Assembly: GCA_000320545.1 (NCBI GenBank)
Contig: ADNK01001003.1
Location: forward strand, 1 to 64,000
Length of the DNA: 64,000 nt
Reading direction: 5' to 3'
Source: Bigelowiella natans CCMP2755
Taxonomy: Eukaryota; Protista; Cercozoa
Shown: piece by piece, positions 49,201 through 62,349 of the stretch
How positions within the stretch are numbered: position 1 is the stretch's first letter
Layout of the letters: each line of letters opens with the position of its first letter
Notes under the pieces: generated by a model
The model's database searches: none
What the model saw: the letters and a program-made list of their open reading frames with translations, nothing else
What the model was told of the DNA's origin: nothing
Made by a program: the position numbers and the translations under genes

Positions 49201-52200
49201 CGGGAAGGCAATCGACATTCCTGTTCACGTCGAAGATGCAGAAACGAACGCCAAAAGCCCCCCTTCGCATCCCCATCCGCTACGCCCAATGCGCATACCC
49301 CACCTTCAGCTTCCTCGAGGGCGCACCGGGCAGCTACTTCAGAGACGATGACAGTAAGAAGCAGGAGCTCTTCGACTTCGTCGGGCTGGCCAACGTCTCT
49401 GCGAAATTCGAGAATTCAGGCGAGATCGACGAGGACACCCGCGGGGTCTTTGTCAATGAGAAATCTCGGCTGGTTATCGACGCGGAATTTCCCGTACCGT
49501 TTGGCCTTCGCGGCGAACAGATGGAGGATGAGCTGGCCGGTGGCGACGGTATGAATAGCGAGGTCGCGTCGCCGAAGACGCCCAGTGCTCGTAGTCCCAC
49601 AAGCCGCGTCGTCCTAGGAAAGGCATTTGACGACGGCGGGGACGTTAAGATGGGATTCCCAGAACCAGAGTCCCCTTCGCTCAGTCTCGACAGCAGCACG
49701 GGGGCCGGAAACGGAAGCCTGACGGTGGTCTCCTCTGCTCCAACCAAGGGGCGCGACCCATTCACGACCAAGGGTATGACAGCTTCCTTCTTACTCAGAT
49801 TCGACCCCACAGAGAAGTTCAGCGGCCCCGTCAAGCTGGTGTCTCTGGGCGCACTACCCGGCGAGAAGAAGACGGGAAAAGGCGAAGGGACGCAAGTCCA
49901 GCTCGCAGAAGCAGAGCCAACAGCGGGCGCCTTCGAGCTCTTCCTAGAAGACGACTCGTCGATGTCGCTGCGGCTGTCTGACGGCAAGCGCAACAAGCAG
50001 CACAAGTTCAGGTTTCCATCGGGCGGGCGGCTGCTCGACAAGTGGTATCATGTGTGCCTGGTCGCGCAGGCGCTCTCGTTGGGCGACGCCGATGCTGACT
50101 CAAAGGAATCATCCCAGAAACAGGACGAAAGCGAGATGACACCAGTCGTGCAGGTCAGCGCGTACGTGGACGGGCAGGTGGCAAGCACGGTCTCTATGGA
50201 CAAAGCAGAGGTAGAGCTGAGCCTCTCGCACATGGCACGCTGCCTTCCAGGCGGCGGAGCAAAGCGCTCGCGTGTGGTAATATCTCAGGGCCTCCTTGGG
50301 TACATCAAGAGCGTGAACCTGTACGCCTATGAGCTCCCACAGGTCTTCATCTCAAGGCTGGCCGCCAACATGGGCACCAGCTTCACTTACCTCGACGCCA
50401 TGCGCAAGAGCGCGTATTCCAAGTCGGTCGAGACCTATGACTTCGGTATGATGCGTCGCCAGCTTCCGAAGAACTTCCGTGTGATCAACACGCCCCAGAA
50501 GGTGGTGGTGGAGGGCGCCAAGACCGACGGTGAGGATAGGTTCGAGGAGGTCAAGGACGATACCAAGCGGGCCGCGCCCACGACCTTCACCGCCGACACA
50601 AACATCGAGGTCCCAGAGCTCGTGGACGCTATTGCGAAGTCTTCCGTTACGGGTACAGAATGCTACTCCGTACAGGAAGAGACGTATCTAGAGGTTGATC
50701 GAAGGCTCGGCGTTGACGAGAACATCAGCGAGGGCGGCGTGCAGAAGCTTAATCGCTACTCCGTCCTTATGGATGTTTGGTTCCCACAGTTGCCGGAGCG
50801 CCGGCAGTCACTCTTTGCGACTAGCCTTGACCGCAAGAAGGTGAAGAAAAAGAATGCCGAGGAGGAGGAAGGAGCCGAGAACCAGGATGGAGGCGCCCTA
50901 GGGGAGCTTGCATCCGGAGGCGGCGGTGGCCCAGGCGGCCTTCCAAAAAAGAAGAAAAAGAAGAAGAAGAAGAAGAGACGCAAGAACTTCAACCAGCCTG
51001 CGAACTGGCAGCGCGTTAATGGAAAATGGGTCAACGTGCAAGAAGGCGGTGGAGGCGGGGGTGGTGGTCAACGAGTGATCATGATGCCTGGAGCCAGGGG
51101 ACAGATGATGATGATGATGCCTGGAATGATGATGCAGCAAGGGGGAGGGGGTATGGCTGTTGGCGGCGGCGGCGCTGGCGGCCAGGGCATGAACTTCCAG
51201 CAGCAAATCATGGCTGCTATCTATGGTATGGGGGGGGGAGCTGGCCAGGGCCAAGCGGGCGCTCCAATACCAGGCGCAGGAGGGCAGGCAGGGCAGCAGC
51301 AGCCTGGAATGAATGGAGGAATGGCCGGTGACGGCCAGCCAGGCGAACAAGCAGGACAAGCAGGACAAGCAGGACAAACCGACGGACAAGCTGGCGCTGA
51401 AGGTGACGCGGGCGGAGAGGATCAGGAGCCCGGTGACGGAGAGGGGGGCGACGGGGGCGACAACGCAGAGGCCAACGCTCAGTTGAAAGAGATGCAGCCC
51501 CCCGTGATGAGCCCGGAGGTGTACGTGCGCACGGACGGGAAGGTAGGAGCCCTTGGACAGTTCGGTGGTAAGCAAGCTGCAACCATCTCTGCGCTGGAAT
51601 GGCAGAGGCTGATTGTATGCGTCGACCTTGAGAAGAAGATCCTGGACGCGTACGTCAACGGCATTCCTGCCCTCCACCTCGAGGAGACGGCCGCCGAGAA
51701 GTCCTACTTCCAGAAGCAGTCAATGCAGGAGCTCGGTGATGCGCAGGGCGGCGACAAGAAATCCTTCTCCGTCGGCGAGAAGATCAAGGCCTTCTGGAAG
51801 GGCGGGGGGAAGAAGTACGGCGGTGTGGTGAAGAACGACAATCTAGACGGCACCTACCACATCCTGTATGACGATGGAGACGTAGACCAGCGCTGCCCTG
51901 AGGAGCACATCTTCAAGACATACTCACCCCACTTCTGGGACCCGTTCAATTGGGCCACGAAGCGTAAGGGCGAGGGCTTCAAACTCACCGAGAGCAATCG
52001 GCGTGTGACCTACGAAGGCTCTGGCTGGCAGACCCTCCACGGGGACGCTGTGTGGAAGGCGAAGAGCGGTATTCACGAGTTTGAAATTGTGATTGAGGAG
52101 TGGAAGACCACGGACGACCTGGGAATGGCGCTGGGCCTTGTTCCCGCAGACTCAAAGTTCAAGATCTCCAACCCCATCGGTTACCTCACTACGCCGGGGT

Positions 52201-55200
52201 GGTCGTTCATGCTAGGGAACGGGACAAAATGTCACGAATCGCAGCCCAAGGTGTGGATGGAGAAGGGCTTCCACCAGATTGGTGAACGGATTGGCATTCA
52301 GTACGACGCCACAGCGGTCAGATGACCGTTCTTCATAACGGTAACGCGCTAGGGACGGCTTTCCACGACATCAAGGGCGACGTACGGCCCGCGGTGTCGT
52401 GCCTCGGGAAGCATCGATTCGCGTCAATCTTCAACAGCAATGCCAAGGTGGGCGTGAAGCACGACAATAACTCCCTTCGGAGCATGACTCTTAAGAGCAA
52501 ATTCGAGCGCTTTCAGCTCGGGTCCAAGTTCTGGGTTTTCGCCGACGCGAACAAAAAGTTCTCACGCGCTGCCAAAATCCGCAACTTCCAGCTCATGGAC
52601 GTGTATCTGACTGCGAAGGAGGCCGGGGCGATGCAGGCAGCTGGCTCGCGCCTGATGAGCACCGACCACTTGTACTTGATGACGCAATCGCTGCGCAGCA
52701 TGGATATGCCCATTCACTGGACGGTCAAGGCGCTTGTCGCAGCAAAGGGCGACCAGCGGCGTGCGAGCGACTGGCTGGTCTTAAACAAGGAGCATCTTGG
52801 GCAGATGGACGAAGTTGAGAGCCAGAAAAAACTCGTTACCCAAGATGTCTTCCAGGACTACGGGCTGAAATACGTGCGAATCGCGCTGCAGAAGTGCCAT
52901 GGCGACATCAACGGTGCAGTCCGGTGGCTCAAGACCGCCAAAGGCCATGAGATGTTCCGTGTGAAGAAGGAGCAGAAGCAGAAGAAGGACAAACAGACTG
53001 AGGAGAAGCTGATGCTCGCCCTCAAGACTCCAGACGACAATCAAGGGGAGGCGGACGAAATCAAGAAGGAGGATGATGACTATGATGGCAGTGACCCATC
53101 TGACCTCATGGGTGGAAAGGTCTATGCTGTCGGTGGAGGCACGGTAAATAATAAACCTGTGATTTTCTTTTTGAGTGGTCGGTCGGAGCATCGAATTTGC
53201 TCTCCCCCCCCCCCCAAAGTCTCCTACAGCATAGACCGATTGGATTGTGTATGATGATAGTGGCGGTGGTGATGATGTTTAATAGTGATGTACGGGTGGA
53301 GGATAGGCGATAGATCGTGTAGTGTAGTGACATATGATCGGTGTCCGAGTAATGTAATGTGAATGATATAATGATGGATGGTGATAGGTATCTGTATCTT
53401 GTATAATAGTGAATTCTAGTCGCGTGAGTACCCACATCATAGCATCACACGCCTTCAATACGAAATCAGGGTTACTGCACGGTGCTACCTCCAAACGGTC
53501 AAGCCAACAACTACTACAACGCCTCTACCCTGTTCGAGCACTCATTGCACGACCCAAAGGCGAACATCGTAAAGGTTGCTGCCGCCAATCACCAAGTCCT
53601 CGCCATCACGGACGACGGGAAGCTGATATCGTGGGGAGGCAATGACTCAGGCCTGTGCGGCATCGGATCAGGAAACTCTCGTATCAGGACGCCCATGGAG
53701 CCCGCTGCGCTCAAGGGCAAGACTGTGATCGACGTCTCGGCATGCGACACGATGAGCGCGTGCCTCACCGATGACCACAAGGTATGGGGGTGGGGCAAGA
53801 ACGACAGCGGTCAGCTGTGCACCTCAAACACGTACACGACGCAGTGGACTCCAAAGGAGATGCCCTTCCCAGAGAGGGAGTGGGATATGCTATGCTGCGG
53901 GCGGCAGCACTTGATTGTCTCCGACGGCCGAGAGATTTACGGGTGCGGAAACAACCAGTACGGACAGCTCGGCATTGGCAACACGAGCTATCGTAACAGC
54001 ACCCCTCTTCAGATGGCCTGGAAGGCCGAATACGGCCCCATCGTCGCGTTGGCGGCCGCGGACTATGCCTCCGGGGTGCTGACAGGGGAAGGTAAGGTCT
54101 ACATCTGCGGGGGGCCATCGCAGCTCTGCGGGCAAAACGGAACCGTGAACGAGAAGTTTATGAAGGAGGTGCCAAATCTCAAGAACGTCGTCGTGCTCAA
54201 GATGAAGAAAAACTACGTCTATGCGATTGACAGCGACGGCAAGCTGTTTGGATGGGGCTCCGGATACATCGGAAATCAGACCAACTGGGGCAGCAACCAG
54301 AGTGTCAAGTCCCCAGCCCCAATCACAATGGGCGGGCTCGGCAATGAAAGAGTGATCGACGTGAGTAACTACACCCACATCGCCGTCTTGTGCGAGTCGG
54401 GCAAGATCTACAGCTGGGGCTCTGCCTCCAACGCAATGGGCCAGGCTCGGGGTTCCTACAACCCCAAGCTTTCGAATCTGAACACCCAAAGCAAGAAGTT
54501 TTTCTCCATCGAGTGCGGAAACTACACTACCTTCGTGCTCACCAAAGAGACGGGCTCCACCAGCTTTCTCATGCGTAAGCGCATGTCCTTGCGCGAGAGC
54601 AGCAGCTCCGGGAAAAAGGACAGCGCCAAAAGTAGCGTTGAGATGGTGCAGGAGCGTGCCACCCTGCCGCCTTTCCCACACTCCGCCGTGCTCGTAGGCG
54701 ACCCTTCTAACCATATGAAGAACGCCAAGGAGCAGTTCTTTAAGCAGGGCGACGTGATCGGCGTGAAGCTGGACATGCGCATCGGGACCCTTGAATACTT
54801 CAAGAACAAAAAGAGCCTGGGTGTCGCCTTCTTTGGCATCCACCAGAGCGTGCGAGCCGCTATCTCTGGTTTCGGGGTCCAAAACGTCACGCTACAAAGC
54901 CCTGCTCCATGGCTAGAAACTGCCTCGAAAGGGCCTGAAGCTGACCTGGAAACACCTGAGGATGTGAAGATGAAGGCTGACATCGAAGGGCAAAACCCTT
55001 CTGATATAAAAGACTCGGAGCACGATAGCGGGAAGGAAGGTGATGGCGGTTTGATGGAGAAGACAACTACCTCTACAGAGGATAGTGAGGGAGGGGATGC
55101 TGATGGTACCGGCGCTGGCACTGCTTTATCCTCCGCCATTATCAAAGAGCCGCAGCTTCAGATCGATCTCGAACAGGCTAATAAGAGAATCCTTATGACC

Positions 55201-58200
55201 TGGATGTACCGCATGCGTCCCAGCTCGCCTTACTCCTCGATTTCCGTCGTCAAGGACCCCGACCCCAAGTCGCTAAAGACGGCCAAGACGTGCTGTCGCA
55301 AGCAAAACCGCGAGCAGGTGGAAGTCGACCGCAAGGTGACCCTCGACAACGGGATGGTCATGCTGCACCTGCGCGACAACTCCGGCTGGATCAACGCGCA
55401 CGACTTGCGGGATCCCAAGATGCCGATTCTGGAGCGCACCTCCACGCGCCGTTACGAGACCGCCGGCGACGAGGAGGACGGCAAGGACGGTGGGCTGCCC
55501 ACGGACATCGCCGAGGGGGGCTTCGTCTGGCACCCGAAGAAACGCTCCAAGCTCCTGCTCCTCAAGAAGCGCTGCCGCGAGGCTGCCTTCTCACGCCAGC
55601 GCTGGGAGACTGCGATTGGCTCTGAAGTGTTTTACCCAGAAACCAGCGTGTACACGTGGCAGGTTAAGCTCGACCGCGTCGATTTCAAGAAGAACACCTG
55701 GGGCATCGTCATTGGAGTTGTGCCCTCTGGCTCGGGCGCTGCGGACCAGGTAGATTAGCTGTTAGTAACGAAGAAGAAGAAGAAGAAGTAGTAGAAGAAG
55801 ATAGATTTTGGTACGTAATGGTGGTGTTAGCGTCAGCAGTTGGTAGTAGGGGTGAAGAGTACTGGAGAGACAGGAAGAAGATGGGGAAAGTCGCAGATGA
55901 AATGCACGGTTCTTCCCCTTTTTGGTGCGCTCATATTGCTCATCTCTTCTCTTTCTCCCCTTTGTAGGCTCTCGGAATGCAAGGCAATCCAGGATGGGGT
56001 GTGGTGGTGGGAACCAACCAGCGCGTCACCAATAGCGTGCTCTCCACCTACTACAACCACCAATTAGTTGACGTGCTCACACGCCAGCATACCGTCAGCG
56101 CGATCGAGACGCTGCCCCTGCACCGTCTACCGCCGACAATCAACGATTTCGCCAAGCGCTCGCTCAAAGGCCGCTCCCTGCGCGCCGACGACGTGTTTAG
56201 AATCCAGAAGGCGAGCCTCTCATCCAAGGACCGTGCGGTCGAAGTGAAGGGCAAGAAGCAGCTCGCTGGGTCGACCCGCGTCCGGCAGGTGCAGGACGGC
56301 TTCCATACGCTCCTGTGCGAACCTTTCCTCGAGACAGGAATCCACTATCTCGAGGTCTTGTTTGTTCGCAAGGGCGCTGACGCCAAGTTCGAGAACTACA
56401 TCGGGATCGTGGACGAGAAGGTAGAGGCCAAGCATCTGAAGGGGAAGACTGTCGCGCAGGTGGGATGGGCCATTGGCATGGACGGCGCGAAGCACAGGCA
56501 GGGCGCGCGCGTATCGTACATGGGGAAAAATTTCGATGTGAACGACCTGGTGCAGGTGGAGGTCGACATGACCAACAAGAGCATTCGCTTCGCGTACAAC
56601 AGCCAATGGTACAGCATGGCCTACGATCAGATCAACGTGAAGAAGGCCCGTTTCGCCATCACGATGCGCTATCCTGGAACCACGATTGAGGTTCGGTGTA
56701 AGAGCAGCTTCGGCTTCGGCATTGATACGCTCAATTTCAAGGACTACAGCCTCAACAAGCTGGCCCTGGAGAAGAAGTCGTCGAGCATGAGTATCGCGCG
56801 AGTCTTGCCGCAGTTGCAGGAAGGTCGGCAGGAATTCGAAGTGCGCGTTGGGCAACTGTCAGAACTCGGCGAGGCAAGGAGCGAAGAAGGAAAGCTCCGT
56901 CACATCGGTATCATAAAGCCAAATGTGACCAATTTCACCAACTCCACTGTCGGGTCCGTCGGCTGGGCGCTGTTGAGTAACGGGCGTGTCATGAATCACG
57001 GCGTTGTCAAGAAGTACACCGATCCGCTCAAGGCCGGCGATGTGGTCACTGCCCACATCGACACGGAGGCGGGGACGCTCTCCTTTAGCATCAATGGCGG
57101 CCCGAACCTTGGCGATGCGTTCAAGAACATTCCGTCCGTGTTCTACGCTGCCATCTCGCTTTCGACCATCGGCGATCGCATGGAGCTGCTGCACGTCACA
57201 TTGCCAAAGCCCAAGCTCGCAGCGGTGGGACAAGGATCTGGTGGCGGCGATACCGAGCAGGAGCTCAGGCTTCTGTCTGACATTCCTGATGGTCTAGGCA
57301 TGGAAGCTGCTGTTGAGAGAGAGCTCAGAAATCCAGGCAAGTTTGTCCCGATAAACCTAGAGAAGGCCGCGAAGAAAATCAGCTCCGCCTTCTTCGACGT
57401 GAAGGGCAACATGCTGAAGAAGACCCAGTCGCGGCGATATACCGCCGTTCTCGAGGAGCCACTCTATTTTGGCAAGCGATACTGGACGCTCCGCATGTCC
57501 AACATCGAAAACCCGGGCACCACGAGCCAGAACTACATCGGAATCGTAGATGCGGATGCCCGAGCTCTGAATGTAAACTCGAGCCTAGGCTCCTGCGGGT
57601 GGGCGATCACGTGCGTTGGCGATAAGATCGTCAAGGTCGCCAAGGACAAGCAGATGGGCGCCTACGCGCTCAACACGAGCTTCGGCCCCAACGACCTTGT
57701 TCAAGTCGCAGTGGATATGGAGAAGCGCGAGATGTCTTTCTGCATCAACGGCAGGGACCTAGGCGTCGCGTTCACGGACCTACCGGAGCGCATCTTCCCA
57801 GCCTTCTCAATGGACGCTCCGAACTGGAGCATGGAGGTGGTGAAGCAAGGCAAGGACTTCTTACTGGACTCGCTGCGTCGCGGCAAGGTCAGCCTTTTCA
57901 ACGGCGGGCGCACGGCCCTCATCGCCAGCGACCAATGGCAAACCGTGCACGGTGACAAGGAGTTTATACCAAACTCCGGAGCATACACGTGGGAGTTCAA
58001 GCTCCACGACTTCGACCTTGAGCGCTCAGAGAGCCTCGTCGTTGGTATCGTGCCCGCCAACCAGTCTTATCTACAACTGGACCCCATCGCGCTGAATCTG
58101 CAAGGCTACGGCTTGGTCCTCAACACCGCAAGGAAGCAGCGCGTGCGGTTCAAGGGTGTCGCGCAGCCTTACGGGGAGAAAAAGGGCATCAGCGGGTTCG

Positions 58201-60622
58201 TCCCTGGTGACACTGTCGGCGTCTGCTGGGACAGCAAACAGGGCACTATGGAGTTCTTCAAGAACGGGGTAAGCCTTGGAGTCGCCTTTTCGGAATTGGA
58301 CACCACCATTCGCTACCGACCTGCGGTCTCTGCAGTCGGCAGGGCGCGCTTCACACTCACAGCGCCCATCCCACTCAACATCACCTGGAAGAGCGACTCT
58401 TTCGGCGACAACTTCATGCTCGACAAGCAAAGCATGAAGCTGGTGAAGACTTCTCCGGGCCGCGCGACCGCAGTGGCCGAGGCCGAGCTTACACGCGGCG
58501 TGCACAATTGGCGCATTATGTACGAGGCGCCCCCAACCTCGCCTGCGATGAACAACTTCGTCGGTGTCATCGACACCAAGAAGGCAGCAACTGCTAAGGT
58601 CGTGGGGGAAAAGTATCTAGGACTTATTGGCTATGCGGTGTCTACGGCGGGCTTCCGATATAACAACGGCAAGTCCACCCAGTACATGGGCACACAGCGT
58701 GCGGGAGACGTGATCGATGTCCATCTTGACATGGACTCGCGCACGATGCGCTTCAGCCTAAACGGCGTCGACTGCGGCCCCGCATTCACCGACCTTCCTG
58801 AGTCCGTCCGCCCGGCGATTTCAATGCAATTCGCTGAGACATCGTGCCACGTGCTCAGCAACCTCGACGCGAAGACGGAACAAAAGAACCAGGCGAAATC
58901 CATCGAGGAGGAGATCGACACTATCATGTTCGAGCAAAAAGGGGACTTGAAGGAAGCGGAGGTGGTTGAGCCTCTCCGCTGGTCGCAAACGCGAAAGCAC
59001 AACCGCATCACACTCGAGATGGGAGACTCCTACGCGAAGATGGAAAGCAATAATTCGTCCTGTTCCACAGTACTTACGGACGAGGTGTTTACGACTGGTA
59101 TACACAAGTTCGACATCAAGGTCACCGCCGGGCAGGCCACTGCCAAGCGCAATTTTATGCTCGGTATTGTTCCAGAGGACCACAATCTGAATGTCAGTGG
59201 GAACGACTACGTCGGAAACTCTCGCATGAAGGGCTACGGGATCTACCTGAGCACCAGCAGTTGGAATTGCTACCACAAGGACAACCCGAAGAGCCTCAAC
59301 GATCCAAACTGTAAGGGCAACCAGTTCGAGAGTGCGACCATCGGCGTCGTGCTCAACATGGACGAGCGGAAGGTGACTTTCTTCAGGGATGGATGCGAAG
59401 GCACGCCGATCAATAAAGCCTTCTATGAGAACATACAGGGAGGTCCTGGCTTCCGCGCCTGCCTCTCGCTCTTTGGGGGAGAGGGTTCTATTACACGTGT
59501 AGACGGTAAAATGTCAGGGCCCGAGCAGTTCAATCCCGAGGCCAAGGGGCCGCAGATTGCGCTGACGGACGAGAACTCGTCAGTGTCCTCGATGTCGATG
59601 TCGCACTCGTGGAACACAGTCTACGGCAGCAAGCTCGCGCGACAGGGCCTGCACATTTGGAAGATACGCGTCGACCGCTACCTCGCGATGGCGCAGGGGA
59701 ATAATTGGTGGTGCATCGTCGGTGTGGCCAGCTCGATCCACAACACGATGTCATATCTGTCGAACCACGGCTCCGGGTTCGGCTACATCTTACAGGGCAT
59801 GAGGACGGATGGGAACAGCGCCGTCAAGTACGGGAAGCCGGTGAAAGCAGGCGACGAGATCGTCGTGGTGCTCGACCTGAGCAAAGGCACGCTGCGATTC
59901 AAACTGAACGGCGAAAGCCTGGGCACGAGCCACTCCAACATCCCCAAGGGGTCTTACAGGCTGGCAGTTTCCCTCGGCCATCGCGACACACAACTAACGC
60001 TTCTGGGCCACCTTGCCGACAGTTCTGTCACTGGAGAGTTCTTCGACCCGATCAAGCATGGCGCTGGTGTGATGATTTCCGAGTCGGGGAACAGTGCGAC
60101 CTTCGGGGGAAGCGTCTGGTCCACCGCGCAGGGCTCCACGGTCTGCTAATGCCATCCTTCTGATCTACCTCTTCCTCCCCCTTAACTAACTCCTCTCCCT
60201 AACCCTTTTCCTTTCATTTTACCTTTTCTCCCCCCCGCCCTCTCAACGTATTATATTCGCGGAATAATTTGTGGCATTCATCAGATCATGGAGCCGAACA
60301 CGGGTTTGTACAACTGGTCGGTAAAGATCCGTAATCTGACACCGAGGCCGAACTCTTTCGCAGTGGCCCTTGGCCTCCAGCCTGCAAAGGCTCCTTTCAA
60401 CATCTCCGGGGACTGTATCGGCCACAACTTACAGCTCGGGGGCTGGGCACTCATTCTCGGGACTGGGCAGAAGGCCTCGGGCGGAAAGCGCTCCGGCTAC
60501 ACGCATGCGTTCAGCACAGGGGACGTGGTCGGCCTGCACTACGACTCCAATAATGGCCACCTCAGCTTCAGTCGCAACGGTATCGGGCATTGCTCAAGAA
60601 TATACATACGTTTGTGTATGTA

Positions 60623-60653
<31 letters not shown>

Positions 60654-62258
60654 GTTTGTATGTATATTAATTCATGAATACATTGAGAAAGGGGGTGGGG
60701 GGTTAGAGATCAGTAAGGCACTCATTATCATCATTACCATCATCATCATCACCATCATCACCATCATCACCATCATCACCATCATCATCATCATTCATGA
60801 TGTCGTCGTCATCATCATCATCATCATCATCACCGTCTTCAGGCCTCGGACTGGGGCTGGCGTTCATGATTCCCCGCGAGGCCGTGCGCACGGCCGCCTC
60901 TGGGATCTACAACCAGGAGCTCGTCGCCTTCCGTAGCAAGGAGCAACCCCGCGTCGACTTCTCTCAGCCAACGCTTAAGAACTTCTACTTCGAGGGCAAC
61001 AATGTGGTGCGCAAGGTGACCAACGAGCGCTGCACGCTTCTATTCGACCCAGAGATCGAGGAGGGCGTACACGTCTTCGAGATCCGCTATCTGGATCCAG
61101 TAGATGATGAGAAGGACAAGAAGAAGGAGGCGGCCATGGGCAAGGACGGCAAGTCCTCCTCCGGCAGCACCGATAAAGGCCAATCAGAGGCCGGAAACAA
61201 CGGCGAGAAGCAGGGATCCTCGAAGGAAGAAGCAAAGAAATCGACCGTCAGTCCAATGGATACTAGCGTTTCCCACCCAATGAATAACTACATTGGCGTC
61301 GTAGATAGCAAGCACGCTGGTAGTGAACTGAATAAGTACTTGGGTGCTGTCGGATGGGCTTATTCCGGGGGATTCGTGTTTAGCAAGGGACGAACGCGCC
61401 GGTGGGGCATCCCTCTCAACCGCGCGGGCGACGTTGTTCGGCTTCGCGTTGACATGGAGGCCAAGCAAGTTCAGTACATCCTCAACGGGCAGGAGTTCCC
61501 GATTGTGCCAGATTACCAGCTTCCCGGCTCCGTGAAGCTCGCAATTTCCATGCAGCACAAAGGCTCGCGCTGTCTGGTTCGCACGGTCCACGAGGAGAAG
61601 GACGACGAGGACTCGGACTCGAAGAGCGGTATGCATCTCGACAAGGTCAACTTGCAGCCGAGCTACTTCACGGTCACCAACAACTTCACTAGGTTCCGGA
61701 AGTTGACCAACGCGCGGTCTACTGTGCGGTTCCTGCCTCTCGTCAAAACCGGGTCGCTCAAGTTCAGCATCAAGATTCTCACGCAGGGCCAATCGACCCC
61801 CAACATGTACATCGGCTGTGTGCCGGCGTCGTGCGCCGCCAACCGGCTCAAGACCGACTATCTAGGCCGATTGGGTTACGCTTGGTGCTCGGGGGGGCAG
61901 AAATGGCGCACGGGGAGCTCCACCAGCTGCGGCGGCCATAAGTTCAGCGTTGGGGACGTCGTCGAATGTACTATTGACATGAACAAGAAGCATCTCAGCT
62001 TCGCGAAGAACGGCAAGAACTTGGGAATGTTTTACAGCGACCTCCCGAGCGAGGGCGTGTACCCAGCTTTCTCGGTCCACTACCAGAACGCGAGCGTGCA
62101 GGTCATTTACAAGATGGACGCCGACGTGCCCGGCATGGGCTCATCCTCCTCCTCGGATGAGCAACTTGATGAGAAGAAGAAGAAAGAGATGCTATGGAAG
62201 AAGGGCGTGCTGGTTGGCCCCTCCAACACCGTCAGCCTCAAGGTGCTGCTGCTCCCCT

Positions 62259-62349
<91 letters not shown>

